A stretch of 64,000 nucleotides of DNA, taken from an uncultured delta proteobacterium (GTDB lineage: Bacteria > Myxococcota_A > Polyangia > Polyangiales > Polyangiaceae). The stretch lies in NCBI GenBank assembly GCA_963841435.1, contig CAWJCS010000006.1, forward strand, positions 1,376,001-1,440,000, in the 5' to 3' direction. The position numbers and the translations under genes were made by a program. The notes below the pieces were generated by a model. That model did not search any database and was not told the origin of the DNA. It was given only the letters and a program-made list of their open reading frames with translations. Of the stretch, positions 61,955 through 64,000 are shown piece by piece (the stretch's first letter is position 1; every line of letters starts with the position of its first letter).

Positions 61955-64000
61955 TTAGCGCGCGGTTTTCGTGCGCGCCGTGCGGCCCTTGGCGCGTTTC
62001 GCGGGCGCCACGGCGGCGACCTCGCCCTGCGCGGGGGCGCGCCCGGATGAGGACCCATCGCTCGGGGCTTTGCCCGTCGCCGGGGCACGCCCGGACGCGG
62101 ACGCACCGCGCGGGGCTTTGCCTTTCGCCGGCGCGCGCTTGGACGACGACGCCCCGCCCGCGGCTTTGCCCTTCGCGGCGGGCGCCTCGTCGGCTGGATT
62201 CACGTCGTCGCTCTTCACGAACGCCGCCGCCGCGGCCGCGGCCGCCCGCGCGGCGCGCTCCGTCTCGCCGCGCATCTCGAACAAAAAGCGACTCGGGATC
62301 GACGCGCGCGCCTTGCCCCACTTCGTGCGCGCTTTCGCGAACGTCATCGTGAGCGTCGAGCGAGCGCGCGTCACGCCCACGTAGCAGAGCCGCCGCTCCT
62401 CCTCGATACTGCGCCCCTCGCCCACGGAGCGCGCGTGCGGCAAGAGTCCCTCCTCCATGCCGACCAGGTACACGTGCATGAACTCCAGGCCCTTGGCGCT
62501 GTGCAGCGTCATGAGCGTGAGGGCATGGCGCTGCCGCTCGTCGTCGGTCTCCGCGTCGCGTCCGGCGAGGGCCGTCTCCTCGAGAAAGCCGAGCAGCGAG
62601 GGGTTTTCGGCGCGCGTTTCGTAGAGCGACAGCGAATTGACGAGCTCTTCGACGCCGAGCCAGCGCGACTCGGCATCCGCGGTCTCGCGATGCACGCGCC
62701 GGATCTCCGAGCGGTAGTCGATGCTCTCGATGAGCTCCCGGGTGAGCGCCGAGAGCGGCTCGAGCCCGAGGCGAGCGCGAAAGCCCTCGAGAAGCGCCTG
62801 GAAAGCGACGATGCGCGCGCCGACGCCGTGCGCGAGGTCGGGGTTGTCGGGTGCCTCGCCGAGCACGGCCCAGAGCGGTACGCCGCGACTCACGGCGACT
62901 GCCATCAGCACCTCGACGGTGCTCGGGCCGATGCCCCGCGGCGGCGTGTTGATGATGCGCAACAGCGACACCTCGTCCGAGGGGTTCGCGAGCACGCGCA
63001 GGTAGGCCAGCACGTCGCGCACCTCGCGCCGGTCGTAGAACGAAAGGCCGCCCACGAGCACGTACGGCACGCCGGCGCGGCGGAGCTCGAGCTCGAAGGC
63101 GCGCGGCTGCTCGTTGGTGCGAAACAGGATCGCCATGTCGCTCGCGGGGATGCGCGGGCCGCCGTCGCCACGCAGCCGGCTCTCGATTTCGCGAACGACG
63201 CCCTCGGCCTCGGCGACTTCGTCCTCGAAGCGCAAGAAGCGCGGCGCGTCGCCGCCCTCCGCCACGGGAATCAGCGTCTTTTCGTGGCGCGACCCGTTGT
63301 GGAGGATGAGCTTGTTGGCGAGCGCGAGGATCGGCGCCGTCGAGCGGTAGTTCTGCTCGAGCCGCACGACCTTGGCCTCGGGCCAGTCGCGAGAGAAGCC
63401 CAAGATGTGCGCGATCTCGGCGCCGCGCCAGCCGTAGATCGACTGATCGTCGTCGCCGACGACGCAGAGATTGCGATGCCGTTCGGCGAGCGCCAAGAGC
63501 ACGCGATACTGAAGATCGTTGGTGTCCTGGTACTCGTCGACGAGCACGTGGTCGAAGCGCGATGCCTCGGCGAAGCGCGCCTCCGGATGCTTTTGGAAGA
63601 GTGCCTCGGTGTTGAGGAGCAGGTCGTCGAAGTCCATGGCGCCGCAGGCCTTCAAATTCGCCTGATAGCGGCGAAAGGCCATGGCGCCGAGCTCCTCGCG
63701 CTCGCGCTCGGCCGCGTCTTCGGCAGCATCGGGCGCGAGACCGCGGTTCTTCCAGCCGCCGATGAGCGCCAGGAGATCCCCCGGGCGGAGCTTCTCGTGC
63801 CCGACGCGCACGTCACGCAGAGCCGTCCGCGCCATCGATTCCTGATCGCCGCGGTCGTAGATCGAGAAGTCCTTCGGGTAGCCGAGCAGGGGCGCGTGGC
63901 GCCTGAGGATGCGCACGCAGAGCGAGTGAAACGTCGAGATTTCCGGTGGCTTCTCCCCGCGCGAGCGCTTGCCGAGCAGCGCGCGGGAGCGGTCACGCAT
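61955..64000 (-). CDS. UvrD/Rep/PcrA family DNA helicase (5' end outside window)
   Basis: STFHS, VDEYQDTN, VGDDDQSIYGWRGA, LEQNYRST, MTLHSAKGLEF and EERRLCYVGVTRA. Confidence 0.95.
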   Translation of the reverse strand: MRDRSRALLGKRSRGEKPPEISTFHSLCVRILRRHAPLLGYPKDFSIYDRGDQESMARTALRDVRVGHEKLRPGDLLALIGGWKNRGLAPDAAEDAAEREREELGAMAFRRYQANLKACGAMDFDDLLLNTEALFQKHPEARFAEASRFDHVLVDEYQDTNDLQYRVLLALAERHRNLCVVGDDDQSIYGWRGAEIAHILGFSRDWPEAKVVRLEQNYRSTAPILALANKLILHNGSRHEKTLIPVAEGGDAPRFLRFEDEVAEAEGVVREIESRLRGDGGPRIPASDMAILFRTNEQPRAFELELRRAGVPYVLVGGLSFYDRREVRDVLAYLRVLANPSDEVSLLRIINTPPRGIGPSTVEVLMAVAVSRGVPLWAVLGEAPDNPDLAHGVGARIVAFQALLEGFRARLGLEPLSALTRELIESIDYRSEIRRVHRETADAESRWLGVEELVNSLSLYETRAENPSLLGFLEETALAGRDAETDDERQRHALTLMTLHSAKGLEFMHVYLVGMEEGLLPHARSVGEGRSIEEERRLCYVGVTRARSTLTMTFAKARTKWGKARASIPSRFLFEMRGETERAARAAAAAAAAFVKSDDVNPADEAPAAKGKAAGGASSSKRAPAKGKAPRGASASGRAPATGKAPSDGSSSGRAPAQGEVAAVAPAKRAKGRTARTKTAR
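62030..62185. repeat. About three degenerate 48-bp coding repeats in the helicase tail
   Basis: GGCTTTGCC at 62066, 62114 and 62162; encode 16-aa RAPAKGKAP-type units. Confidence 0.8.

Overview
High-GC window, probably from a myxobacterium (Polyangia-like). This is inferred from the gene content: a DUF1552/DUF1592 pair, a fibro-slime lipoprotein, a giant TPR protein, a TonB-fused receptor and many Cys/Gly-rich lipoproteins. The left ~18 kb is accessory DNA lying downstream of a minus-strand tRNA-Asp. It holds a glycosyltransferase, a quinol-type nitric oxide reductase flanked by two copies of a repeat-associated four-helix-bundle (Avd/IVS-like) unit, an ABC1 kinase, orphan antitoxins and several deletion-decayed gene remnants. 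Directly at the tRNA 3' end is an exact 141-bp, four-unit array: each unit has a 96-bp structured constant part ending in the tRNA 3' end, plus a 45-bp segment that occurs as two different sequences of identical length. The right part is more core-like: GH1 glucosidase, DAHP synthase, a Dyp peroxidase operon, a ~3,440-aa TPR protein, a duplicated thioesterase bracketing a small insertion with an IS21 remnant, a menaquinone (men) cluster with three +1 frameshifts, a ferredoxin reductase, a TonB-dependent receptor, a Sel1 lipoprotein with a MACPF-like motif, CcmH and a UvrD/Rep helicase. No CRISPR-Cas, integrase or reverse transcriptase is visible. All family calls come from motif recognition by eye; no database searches were run.
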